Of a DNA stretch of 17,792 nucleotides, positions 5,911-14,255 are shown piece after piece (within the stretch, counting starts at the first letter, position 1; each line of letters opens with the position of its first letter). Where the stretch lies: contig JBDHHQ010000089.1 of assembly GCA_039589315.1 (NCBI GenBank), forward strand, positions 1 to 17,792. Direction: 5' to 3'. The stretch is from Gemmatimonadota bacterium (lineage in GTDB: Bacteria; Gemmatimonadota; Gemmatimonadetes; Longimicrobiales; Gaopeijiaceae). The notes under the pieces are model-generated. The model was given only the letters and a program-made list of their open reading frames with translations. It made no database searches and had not been told where the DNA came from. The position numbers were made by a program, and so were the translations under genes.

Positions 5911-7859
5911 GGACGGCCGAGGCTGGCGCCTCCCCTTCTCCCCGACTCCAGATGCCCGCGACGTCCGAGGGTGGAAGCGCCAGCCGGTTGCGCCTGACCC
6001 GTTCCGTGCCGCAGTCTCCTCGTATGCTCCGTCACGACCGCACCAGAACGCCCGCACGCCGGCTCCCCGTCACGGCCGCCATCGCGTGCGGATCCGCCGC
6101 CCTGGGACTCGGGGGGGGCGTCGGCCCGGTGACGGCACAGGAATCCACTCCGCCGCGCCTGGTGGTGGTAGTGGTCGTGGACCAACTGCCTCAGCCGCTG
6201 CTGGCGGAGTACGACTCGCTCTTCACCGGCGGCTTCCGCCGGATTCTCGACCGGGGCTTTCGGTTCACCCAGGCCAGCCACGCCTACGCCCAGACCCATA
6301 CGGCAGCTGGTCACGCCACGGTGGCGACCGGCGTCGTACCGGCCCGACACGGCGTGGTGGCCAACGGGTGGCGGGAGAAGGAGGAGCGGGATTGGGTCGG
6401 CGTGAACGCGGTGGGGGACAGCACCGTACGCATCGTGGGGGTCCCGTGGGCCGAGGGCCGCTCGCCGGCGAACCTGCTACGCGAGGGCTTCGCCGACTGG
6501 CTGACGGCGGCGGACGCCCGATCCCGCGTGGTGACCGTGGGCGCCAAGGACCGTTCGGCCATCGGGCTCGCCGCCCGAGTCCGCGGTCACGTGTACTGGA
6601 TCAACACCTTCGAGGGCAGCTGGGTCACGTCCACGTACTACCGGGACAAGAACCCGGAGTGGCTCGACCGCTTCAACGAGGACGTGATGCCCACCTTCTT
6701 CACCGATTCGGTGTGGACGAGCGCCGTTCCTCCCGAATGGGCGCCCCTCAGTCGGCGGGACACGGTGTCGTATGAGGGGGACGGGGTGAACACCTTCTTC
6801 CCCCATCGCTATCTGGCCGAGGCCGATCTGGACGAGGAAGGCGCGCACAGGTTCTGGGTGGGCGGAACGCCGGCCTTCGACGCGGCTACGCTGGCCATGG
6901 CTGCCTTCGCCGCCGAGGAGTTGGAGCTGGGCCAGGACGACGTACCCGACTACCTGGGAGTGTCGTTGTCCCAGACGGACATCGTCGGGCACGGCTACGG
7001 ACCCCATTCCCGGGAGCAGCTCGACAACCTGCTGCGGCTCGACGGGGAGCTGGGTGGCTTCCTCGATGGCTTGGACGAGCTCGTCGGCGAGGGCCAATGG
7101 GCGCTCGCCTTCACGTCGGACCACGGCGCACTGCCCATGCCGGAGCACCTGGCGGAGGAGGGCGTGAGCGCCCGACGCACCACGACGGCCGAGCTTCAGG
7201 AAATGATCGTGGCCGCCCGCACCGCCGAGCGGGCAGGCCCGCCCGAGGGCGCACCGGAACGGGTGGCCGAGGCCCTCGAGCCGTTCCCGCTGGCCGTCCA
7301 GGTCTTCACCGGCCGGGACCTGACGGAGGGTGAGCCGGCCGACTCGTTCTGGACGCTCTTCGCCCGGGCCTACTACCCCGGGCGGGCCCTGGGCTACTTC
7401 GGCGACATGGGCGTCCTGGTCCGATTCCCGGAGCGGGTCATCCCCACCACCCGCACCACCGGCACCGACCACCGGAGCGGGTACTGGTACGACCGACACG
7501 TGCCGTTGGTCTTCCTCGGGCCGGGCATCGAGCCGGGCGTATCGGACGCGCCGGTCCGAGCCGTAGACATTGCGCCCACGCTGGCCTCGCTCCTGGACCT
7601 GGGCGTGCCGGACGATCTGGACGGCCGAGTGATCCTCCCCGGGCCCGAGGGCGGCTCCGCCGGAGCGGAGGGCGACTCGTCCGAGGTCGGTGAAGGCTCC
7701 TCGGAGGCAGCGGGCAGCCTACCCGAGTCCGATGCCGCCACCCCGGAGACGGGAAACGACCCACCCCCGCCCGGGTTCCAGGGCGGAGACCCGGAGCGAC
7801 GCAGCGACCCATCGGGTCCGCCGGGAGCCCAGAGAGTGTCCTCCACCCCGCCGCGATGA
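5907..7859 (+). CDS. Alkaline phosphatase superfamily protein, PafA/PhoK type, probably exported
   Basis: VVVVVDQL, THTAAGHATVATG (Thr nucleophile), KDRSAI, SQTDIVGHGYGP, TSDHG, YDRHVPLVF, VDIAPTLA. Signal-like segment ends in TAQ. Start uncertain (5907 overlapping the upstream stop, or 6024). Confidence 0.9.
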   Translation: MRTAEAGASPSPRLQMPATSEGGSASRLRLTRSVPQSPRMLRHDRTRTPARRLPVTAAIACGSAALGLGGGVGPVTAQESTPPRLVVVVVVDQLPQPLLAEYDSLFTGGFRRILDRGFRFTQASHAYAQTHTAAGHATVATGVVPARHGVVANGWREKEERDWVGVNAVGDSTVRIVGVPWAEGRSPANLLREGFADWLTAADARSRVVTVGAKDRSAIGLAARVRGHVYWINTFEGSWVTSTYYRDKNPEWLDRFNEDVMPTFFTDSVWTSAVPPEWAPLSRRDTVSYEGDGVNTFFPHRYLAEADLDEEGAHRFWVGGTPAFDAATLAMAAFAAEELELGQDDVPDYLGVSLSQTDIVGHGYGPHSREQLDNLLRLDGELGGFLDGLDELVGEGQWALAFTSDHGALPMPEHLAEEGVSARRTTTAELQEMIVAARTAERAGPPEGAPERVAEALEPFPLAVQVFTGRDLTEGEPADSFWTLFARAYYPGRALGYFGDMGVLVRFPERVIPTTRTTGTDHRSGYWYDRHVPLVFLGPGIEPGVSDAPVRAVDIAPTLASLLDLGVPDDLDGRVILPGPEGGSAGAEGDSSEVGEGSSEAAGSLPESDAATPETGNDPPPPGFQGGDPERRSDPSGPPGAQRVSSTPPR

Positions 7860-9073
7860 TCGCCGACCCCGTCGCGGTCCTGGTCGTCCTGGCCGTGGTG
7901 GTGTGGCTCGCCGTCCAGCTCGAAGAGCGATACAAGCTCTTTCGGTCGCTGGGCTCTGCACTCGTGGGGATCCTGGCGGCCATGGTCCTCTCCAATGCGG
8001 GTGTCATTCCGGGCGAGTCGTCGACCTACGAGTTCCTGATGGGGCCGGGGGTCAGCGTGGGCATCGCCCTGATCCTCTTCAGCGTCGACGTCCGTACCGT
8101 CTTCTCGGCGGGGCCCAAGATGCTCATTGCCTTCGCCATCGGCGCAACGGCCACGGCGGTGGGCGCCACCGTGGGGGCCCTGGCGTGGGCACCTTCGGTA
8201 GGCGAAGAGACGTGGAAGCTCGCCGGACAGTTCACGGGCACCTACACGGGCGGCGGCATGAACTTCGCCGCCCTCGGGCAGGCCCTCGACACGAGCCCGG
8301 ACCTGTTCACCGCCGCCACCGCGGCCGACGTGATCGTGACGGCCTTCTGGATGGCCGCGTGCCTGTCCGCACCCCTGCTGCTGGGCCGTGGTGGTGGGGC
8401 GGCGCCCGCGGCGAGGTGGGCCGGGGCAAAGGCGGCTGCCGGCGCCGCCCCCCCCACCGGCTCGCCCGAGGACGAGCCGCGGAGTGCGGGCGCAGCCGAC
8501 AGCGCCGCGACCGACACGCTGGAGAAGGCACTGTTCGGAACGGGCCGAGCTTTGCGCCTTACCGACGTGTCCGCTCTCGTGGTCCTGGCCGTGGGCAGTG
8601 TGGCCGTGGCCGGATGGCTGGGAGGCCGCCTGCCGGGCCTGCCCGAGGTCCTGTGGCTGACCACCGTCTCCCTGGCTCTGGCCCAGGTGCCGGCCGTGAA
8701 GCGAGTGGCCGGGGCCGCCATGCTGGGCAACTACCTGGTGCTGCTGTTTCTGGCCAGCAACGGTGCCCGGTCCGTCGTGGCCAACATCTTCGAGGTTGGG
8801 CCGGCGGTCTTCTACTACGCGGCCACGACCGTCGCCATACACGGCGCCATCATCTTCGGGGTGGGCAGGCTCGTGGGCCTGGACGCGGGGACGATTACCG
8901 TGGCCTCGCAAGCCAATGTGGGCGGGGCCGCCTCCGCCATGGCCATGGCCAGCGCCCGTGGGTATGGCGAGAAGCTCCTCCCTGGCGTGGCAGTCGGGCT
9001 TCTGGGATACGCCGTGGGGAACTACACGGGCTTCGCGGTGGCGCAATTGCTCCGAGGCGTGCTCGGCGGCTAG
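7856..9073 (+). CDS. DUF819 (YjcL-like) multi-pass membrane protein, putative transporter
   Basis: About 10-11 hydrophobic segments; motifs GTYTGGGMNFAA and VASQANVGG.ASA.AMA...G...L.LLGYA.GNY.G. ATGA overlap with the phosphatase stop. Confidence 0.85.
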   Translation: MIADPVAVLVVLAVVVWLAVQLEERYKLFRSLGSALVGILAAMVLSNAGVIPGESSTYEFLMGPGVSVGIALILFSVDVRTVFSAGPKMLIAFAIGATATAVGATVGALAWAPSVGEETWKLAGQFTGTYTGGGMNFAALGQALDTSPDLFTAATAADVIVTAFWMAACLSAPLLLGRGGGAAPAARWAGAKAAAGAAPPTGSPEDEPRSAGAADSAATDTLEKALFGTGRALRLTDVSALVVLAVGSVAVAGWLGGRLPGLPEVLWLTTVSLALAQVPAVKRVAGAAMLGNYLVLLFLASNGARSVVANIFEVGPAVFYYAATTVAIHGAIIFGVGRLVGLDAGTITVASQANVGGAASAMAMASARGYGEKLLPGVAVGLLGYAVGNYTGFAVAQLLRGVLGG

Positions 9074-9086
9074 CGGTCCGGCCCCC

Positions 9087-10178
9087 TCAATACAGTCGGT
9101 CCGTGTCCAGGACGTTCACGAGCGTCTCTCCCCTGAGAAAGCGGTCGAGGTTTTCGCAGAATAGGTCGATGATGCGTTCGTTCTCCCGGTCGCTCGTGCT
9201 GCCCGAATGCGGGCTCACGATGACGTTCGGCATTTCCCAGAAAGGGCTGTCCTCCGGCAGGGGCTCCTCTTCGAAGACGTCGAGGCTGGCGCCCCCCAGG
9301 TGTCCAGACTGCAGCGCGGCGACCAGGGAGGGTTCGTCGATGAGGGCGCCGCGGCCCACATTGATCACGACGGCGCCCTGGGGCAGAAGAGCGAGCTCCT
9401 CCTCGCCGATCACGTGCTCCGTCTCGGGCGTATGCGGCGCCGAAAGCACCAGGAAGTCCGCGCGGGGCAGGAGCTCCCTCAACCGCTCCGGCCCACCCAG
9501 CTCGTCGACACCGACGCGCTGGGGCTCGATCCCTTCCACGGATCGTTTCACGCCCACGACGTGCATGCCCAGCGACCGACTCACCCGGGCGACGGACTTG
9601 CCGATACCTCCCAGTCCGTAGATCAGCACCGTCCGGCCCAGCAGATCCGTGCCGGCGAAACGCTCCCACGACTTTTCCCGCTGCTGACCGAGGGCCTGAA
9701 GGAGCCCACGGGAGAAGGCGAGCATGGACATGACGGCGTACTCGGCCAGGGGTTGGGCGTGGACGCCGGCAGCACTGGTGAAGACAGCGCCCGGCCACCG
9801 CTCGGCGTACCGCTGCCGCGCGATCAGCTGACCGATGCCGGCGCTGGTGAACTGAATCCAGCGGACATGAGGGGCCAGCTCTGGAAGCTCGTCCTGGTTC
9901 GTGCGGTCGAAGTCGAAGAGGATGCTCGCCCGGGCCAGGAACTCCCGCCACACGCGCTCGTCGGCATCGCCGCGCCGGAGCCTCGAGCCCACGTGGTCGC
10001 TGGCGTACCTCGGCCTGGGGAGCAGGTCGGGCTCGTAGATCACCTCGACGTTGTAGTCTACGTGACGGATGCGCGAGACCAGGTCCGGGTGGATGTAGGA
10101 GCAGATGACCAGCGACTCCTTGAAGTCGACCGGTGTCGGCGGGTCGAGGGGGCGAAACTCGGGGAATTGCTCGTTCAC
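9087..10178 (-). CDS. D-2-hydroxyacid dehydrogenase family protein (NAD(P)-dependent)
   Basis: WIQFTSAG, GVHAQPLAEY, Rossmann GLGGIG, P.TPET, INVGRG, ASLDVFEEEPLP.DSP.W.MPNVIVSPH. GTG at 10178 overlaps the upstream TGA (GTGA). Confidence 0.92.
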   Translation of the reverse strand: MNEQFPEFRPLDPPTPVDFKESLVICSYIHPDLVSRIRHVDYNVEVIYEPDLLPRPRYASDHVGSRLRRGDADERVWREFLARASILFDFDRTNQDELPELAPHVRWIQFTSAGIGQLIARQRYAERWPGAVFTSAAGVHAQPLAEYAVMSMLAFSRGLLQALGQQREKSWERFAGTDLLGRTVLIYGLGGIGKSVARVSRSLGMHVVGVKRSVEGIEPQRVGVDELGGPERLRELLPRADFLVLSAPHTPETEHVIGEEELALLPQGAVVINVGRGALIDEPSLVAALQSGHLGGASLDVFEEEPLPEDSPFWEMPNVIVSPHSGSTSDRENERIIDLFCENLDRFLRGETLVNVLDTDRLY

Positions 10179-11245
10179 AGTGCGGCCGCGTAGGCTGAGA
10201 CGAAGAGTGCCGGCGTGCCACCGGTGTGCCAGAACAGCACGGTCTCGTCGGGGGTGACGGCTCGTCGGGACACCAGCGCCATGAGTCCGCCGAAGGCGCG
10301 GCCCGTGTAGACCGGGTCCAGGAGCAAGCCCTCCGTGGCACCCACGGTGCGGATCGCATGCGCCTCCACTTCGCTCATGACGCCGAAACCGTCTCCCAGG
10401 AAGGTATCGTCCACCTCCACGTCGCCCGCCGTGAACCCGCCGGGGATCCCGAGGCGGGCGGCCGTGCGGTTGGCCAGCTCCGCCACTGCCGCGCGAGCCT
10501 CCGGAGCCGACCGGCTCACGGAGACCCCGAGCACCCGTACGGGCAACCCGGTGGTCCGGGCACCGAGAAGCAAGCCCGCCTGCGTGCCTCCCGATCCGGT
10601 AGGCAGGACGATCGCGTCGACGTGCTCGCCGGTGTCTCGCAGCTGGGAAGACAGCTCCTCCAGGGCGGCGACGTAGCCCATCACCCCGATCTCGTTGCTG
10701 CCACCCGTGGGGATGAGGTACGGCTCGTGTCCCCCGTCGCGAAGCTCCTGCCCGGTCTCCTCGAGGGAGGGCGCGCCAAAGCGCAGGCTCGCGCCCAGGA
10801 TGTGGTTCAGAAGCAGGTTGGCCTCGGCGGTGTCGGGCTCCTGGCCACGGAGCAGCAGCACGCAGCCGAGGCCGTGGCGGGCCGCGGCGGCCGCCGTTTG
10901 TCGGCAGTGATTCGACTGGGCGGAGCCCTGCGTGACCAGGGTATCGGCTCCCTGGCGCAGCGCGTCTGCCACGAGAAACTCCAGCTTCCGGGCCTTGTTG
11001 CCGCCGGTTGCCAGCCCGGTCTGATCGTCGCGCTTGACCAGGATCCGGGGACCGCCCAGTTGGCGGGAAAGGCGAGGCAGCTCCTCCACCGGCGTCGGGA
11101 GGTGGGCCAGCGAGACCCGCGGCGCCCCGGCGGTGGTCGGTGAGATGGAGCCCGGTGGGGCCTGTGCACCACCGCACCCCACGAGCGCCACCGCGCTCCC
11201 GGTCCCCGTCATGCGCAGGAAGCTCCTTCGGTCCAGGCTGTTCAC
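10175..11245 (-). CDS. PLP-dependent D-cysteine desulfhydrase/ACC deaminase family enzyme with N-terminal Tat lipoprotein signal
   Basis: LPTP..LPRLS, VKRDD.TGLA.GGNK.RKLEF (PLP Lys), QSNHCR.TAA, IPTGGS, GSGGTQAG, EGLLLDPVYTG, HTGG. N-terminus DRRSFL...LVGC. Confidence 0.92.
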   Translation of the reverse strand: MNSLDRRSFLRMTGTGSAVALVGCGGAQAPPGSISPTTAGAPRVSLAHLPTPVEELPRLSRQLGGPRILVKRDDQTGLATGGNKARKLEFLVADALRQGADTLVTQGSAQSNHCRQTAAAAARHGLGCVLLLRGQEPDTAEANLLLNHILGASLRFGAPSLEETGQELRDGGHEPYLIPTGGSNEIGVMGYVAALEELSSQLRDTGEHVDAIVLPTGSGGTQAGLLLGARTTGLPVRVLGVSVSRSAPEARAAVAELANRTAARLGIPGGFTAGDVEVDDTFLGDGFGVMSEVEAHAIRTVGATEGLLLDPVYTGRAFGGLMALVSRRAVTPDETVLFWHTGGTPALFVSAYAAAL

Positions 11246-12303
11246 CCGGCCTCCCGGTTCAGGTCGTACTTCATGATGGCTGCGTGGGGGCCCTGTCGGT
11301 CTCGCTCCAGGTCGAAGCAGTCGCCACGGGGACCCGGTGCGGACGTCCCGAGACGTCGAATGCGCTCAACCTGGGACGGGGAAAGCGTCAGGTCCATGGC
11401 AGAATGGGCCTCTTTGATCCGATTTGCTCGGCTCATACCCACCACCGCGGCGGCCACGCCCGGTCGGTCCAACACGTACCGGAGCGCCACCTGCGCGATG
11501 GAGCCTCCCCGGTCGTCGGCGATGGCGCGAAGCGTGCGCAAAAGCTCCTGGAACGCGTCCCAGCCTCCGTACTCGTGGATGATGAGGCGGTATTTGGTCA
11601 GGGAACGGTTCTCCACGCTTCGGGCTGGATCCTGGGCGCCCAGATACCGGTCCGAGAGGAAGCCCCCCGCCAATGTGCCGTAGCAGAGCAGGCCCACCCC
11701 GTGCGACTCACAGAGCTCCGTCATTCCGTGCTCGGCCCGGTGGTCCAGGGCCGAGTACTGGAGCTGATTGGCGACGACGGGGACACCGGCGTCCAGGATC
11801 TCCCGCAGCCGGGGGACGTCGAAGTTGCTCACACCGACGTGTCGGATCTTCCCGACCCGGCGTAGCTCGTCCAACCACAGCGCCGTCTCCACGTAGGCCG
11901 GCACGTCGTAGTCCCACCACGCGAACTGCACCAGGTCCAGACGGTCGGTGGCGAGCCGGGCGAGGGACCGGTCCACGATCCTCTCGACGTACGACCGATC
12001 GACATCGGCCAGCTCGGATCGGTCGGGCACCAGCTTGGTGTGGATCCGGATGGACCGGGCCACCTCGTCACCCAGCCTGTTGCGGCAGAGCCGTCGCAAA
12101 TCGCCGAAGAGCGACTCGACGCCAGTGTAGATGTCGGCGCAGTCGAGGACCGTGAAGCCTTCGCCCACGAGATCGAGGAGGTCCTCCAGCACCTGACTCC
12201 GCGCCAGGGGCGACTGTCGGTGCCCCGCCGACAGCTGCCAGCCCCCCAAGATGATGCGGGGAACGGCGTAGTCCGGTGCCAGCCGAGTCCAGGGAAGGCT
12301 CAC
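11242..12303 (-). CDS. Aldo/keto reductase
   Basis: GGWQLS, LDCADIY, IHTKLVP, SLARL.TDRLDLVQF, GKIRHVGVSNF, NQLQYS.LD, YGTLAGGFLS, AQVALRYVL. GTG at 12303 with AGGAG RBS at 12314-12318. Confidence 0.92.
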   Translation of the reverse strand: MSLPWTRLAPDYAVPRIILGGWQLSAGHRQSPLARSQVLEDLLDLVGEGFTVLDCADIYTGVESLFGDLRRLCRNRLGDEVARSIRIHTKLVPDRSELADVDRSYVERIVDRSLARLATDRLDLVQFAWWDYDVPAYVETALWLDELRRVGKIRHVGVSNFDVPRLREILDAGVPVVANQLQYSALDHRAEHGMTELCESHGVGLLCYGTLAGGFLSDRYLGAQDPARSVENRSLTKYRLIIHEYGGWDAFQELLRTLRAIADDRGGSIAQVALRYVLDRPGVAAAVVGMSRANRIKEAHSAMDLTLSPSQVERIRRLGTSAPGPRGDCFDLERDRQGPHAAIMKYDLNREAG

Positions 12304-12310
12304 GTCGCGG

Positions 12311-12715
12311 TCACTCCTGTCCGGGGGGCTCCACGGTGGACGTGCCACCGCCGTCCCCAGGCCTGTCGGCGGGCGGAGGCGGCAGCGGTACCCGTGTGAC
12401 GTCGCCGTGGCGGAACGTGGCTCGGCCGCTACGGCTGATGCGGAACACGGCGCCGCACAGGGGATCCGGACAAGCCACGTCGCTGTCCGTCGTCATCCAG
12501 TCGTGGGGGTGGGTCTCGCGTTGCTTGGCTGGAAGCAGGGGCAGGAGCGCCGCCAGCGGGTAGAGCGGAAAGGTCTGGCCGGGGGGAAAGCTGAGGTTCT
12601 CGCCCGAGAGCTCGAAATAGTCACCGACCCGGTGGTTGCAGACCATCTCGTCCTCGTTTCCCACCACCTCCACCCTGAGGTCGTAGAGAGTGAAGGCGTC
12701 CGAGGCTCTGGTCAC
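12311..12715 (-). CDS. TIGR04076-family small Cys-containing protein
   Basis: LYDLRVEV, VCNH..GDYFEL.GE, F.LY.LAALLPLLPAKQR...DWM.TD..VACPDP.CG..FRI.R pattern. GTG at 12715 with AAGGAG RBS; alternative start 12736. Confidence 0.75.
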   Translation of the reverse strand: MTRASDAFTLYDLRVEVVGNEDEMVCNHRVGDYFELSGENLSFPPGQTFPLYPLAALLPLLPAKQRETHPHDWMTTDSDVACPDPLCGAVFRISRSGRATFRHGDVTRVPLPPPPADRPGDGGGTSTVEPPGQE

Positions 12716-12844
12716 GGGGATCTCCTTTTCGGGCACGGGGGCCGGGCGCTAGAGTGCGGAACGACGGAACCACGGTGCGAGTCCGTCCTGGGGATCTGGT
12801 GCTCAGAATCTCTCCACCGACCACGTCCAGCAACCCGGCCAGCC

Positions 12845-14230
12845 ATGCCTTCACGACAAGACCGGCCAGAACCCCCGGCCCTCCGCTTCCATGGCGGCAC
12901 CGCAGGAGCCCTGGCCCCGTTCGCGGTCTTCCTGGCGGGCGTGGCATGGCTGGGTCTCTCCGGCGCGCCGGACGAACGGGGGTTCTGGCCGATCCTGCTC
13001 GCCGGGCTGGCCGTGGGCCTGCTCGCCGCCCGGGACCGGACGGCGTACGCCGAGGCCGTGCTGGCGGGGATGAGCCGTCCCATCGTGATGCTGGTGGTGA
13101 TGGCGTGGCTGTTGGCGGGTGTGCTGGGGGCGCTCGTGGGTGCCAGCGGCTTCGTGGAGGGCCTGGTGGCCCTCGCCGGCCGCACCGGGGTCGCCGGCGG
13201 GGGGTTCGTGGCCGCGGCCTTCCTGGTCTGTGCGGCGGTGTCCACGGCCACGGGCACGAGCCTGGGCACCATGATCATCTGCGCTCCGCTTCTCTTCCCC
13301 GCCGGGGGCATGGCCGGGGCAGACCCCGTGATGCTGATCGGCGCCATCATGGCGGGCGCCACGTTCGGCGACAACGTCTCGCCCATCTCGGACACCACCA
13401 TCGCCTCGGCCTCCACCCAGGCGGCGGACATCGGCGGCGTGGTGCGGAGCCGCCTGAAGTACGCGCTCCCGGCTGCCGCCGTAGCGCTGGTGGTGTATGG
13501 GGCGTTCGGTGCGGGGGACACAGCCGGCACGGCTGTGCCCGAGTCCGCCACCAGGCTCCGCGGGCTCTGGATGGGGCTGGCCCCCGCCCTGGTCCTCGCT
13601 CTCCTCTTCCTGCATCGCCACCTGGTGGAGAGCCTGGTCGCCGGCTGCGTGGCGGCCGCAGCCCTCGGCCTCGTGATGGGCCTGATCGAGCTGCCACAGC
13701 TCCTGTCCATCGACCGGAATGCGTTCATCGCCCGGGGGCTGATCCTGGACGGAATGGAGCGGGGCGTGGGGATCAGCGTCTTCACCATCCTGCTCATGGG
13801 TCTCGTGGGTGGTCTCGAGGCATCCGGAGTGCTGGACCGGGTGGTGGCCAGAGCCCGGACGGTGGCCACGACGCCGGCCCGGGCGGAGTGGTCCATCTTC
13901 GGCGCGGTGACGGCCGCCGTGTTCCTGACGACCCATTCCGTGGTGGCGATCCTGACCGTGGGCCGGCTCGCCAGCGAGGCAGGAGGATCGGCCGGGCTCT
14001 CCGCCTACCGGCGAGCGAACATCCTGGACATCACCGTCTGTACGTACCCGTTCCTGCTGCCCTTCTTCGTGCCTACGATCCTGGCCGGCTCGCTGACCGC
14101 GTCGGGCGCGGACTTCGGGGTCGGTAGGGTGAGCGCCTTCGACGCTGGCTTGGCCAACGTGCACTCTTGGGCTCTTCTGGTGATCGTCCTCGCCGCCATC
14201 GTCACGGGGTACGGTCGCATGGAGGCCTAG
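12845..14230 (+). CDS. Na+/H+ antiporter NhaC-family protein (probable amino-acid/organic-acid transporter)
   Basis: STATGTSLGT and GATFGDNVSPISDTT signatures plus many TM segments. ATG at 12845; the ORF-track extension to 12407 overlaps the opposite-strand gene. Confidence 0.9.
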   Translation: MPSRQDRPEPPALRFHGGTAGALAPFAVFLAGVAWLGLSGAPDERGFWPILLAGLAVGLLAARDRTAYAEAVLAGMSRPIVMLVVMAWLLAGVLGALVGASGFVEGLVALAGRTGVAGGGFVAAAFLVCAAVSTATGTSLGTMIICAPLLFPAGGMAGADPVMLIGAIMAGATFGDNVSPISDTTIASASTQAADIGGVVRSRLKYALPAAAVALVVYGAFGAGDTAGTAVPESATRLRGLWMGLAPALVLALLFLHRHLVESLVAGCVAAAALGLVMGLIELPQLLSIDRNAFIARGLILDGMERGVGISVFTILLMGLVGGLEASGVLDRVVARARTVATTPARAEWSIFGAVTAAVFLTTHSVVAILTVGRLASEAGGSAGLSAYRRANILDITVCTYPFLLPFFVPTILAGSLTASGADFGVGRVSAFDAGLANVHSWALLVIVLAAIVTGYGRMEA

Positions 14231-14255
14231 TGTGGTGCACTAGCGTCGTGCCTCC

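Noticed and set aside
6111..8456. G run near 6111 and C run near 8447 as phase-variation tracts
   Set aside because: Both are short, in frame, encode Gly/Pro in low-complexity segments and are unremarkable at this GC content.
7394..9621. Long ORFs 7690..9621 (+) and 7394..9046 (-)
   Set aside because: Shadow frames of well-supported genes, R/G/P-rich with no motifs, as expected in high-GC DNA.
10179..11177. 696-aa ORF 9087..11177 as a large fusion dehydrogenase
   Set aside because: The N-terminal half is an alternate frame of the PLP enzyme; the real start is the coupled GTG at 10178.
10175..11245. ACC deaminase (acdS)
   Set aside because: It has PVYTG and HTGG; true ACC deaminases have PVYEG and HLGG.
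12407..12844. N-terminal extension of the NhaC-family ORF
   Set aside because: It overlaps the opposite-strand TIGR04076-like gene; family-like sequence begins after ATG 12845.
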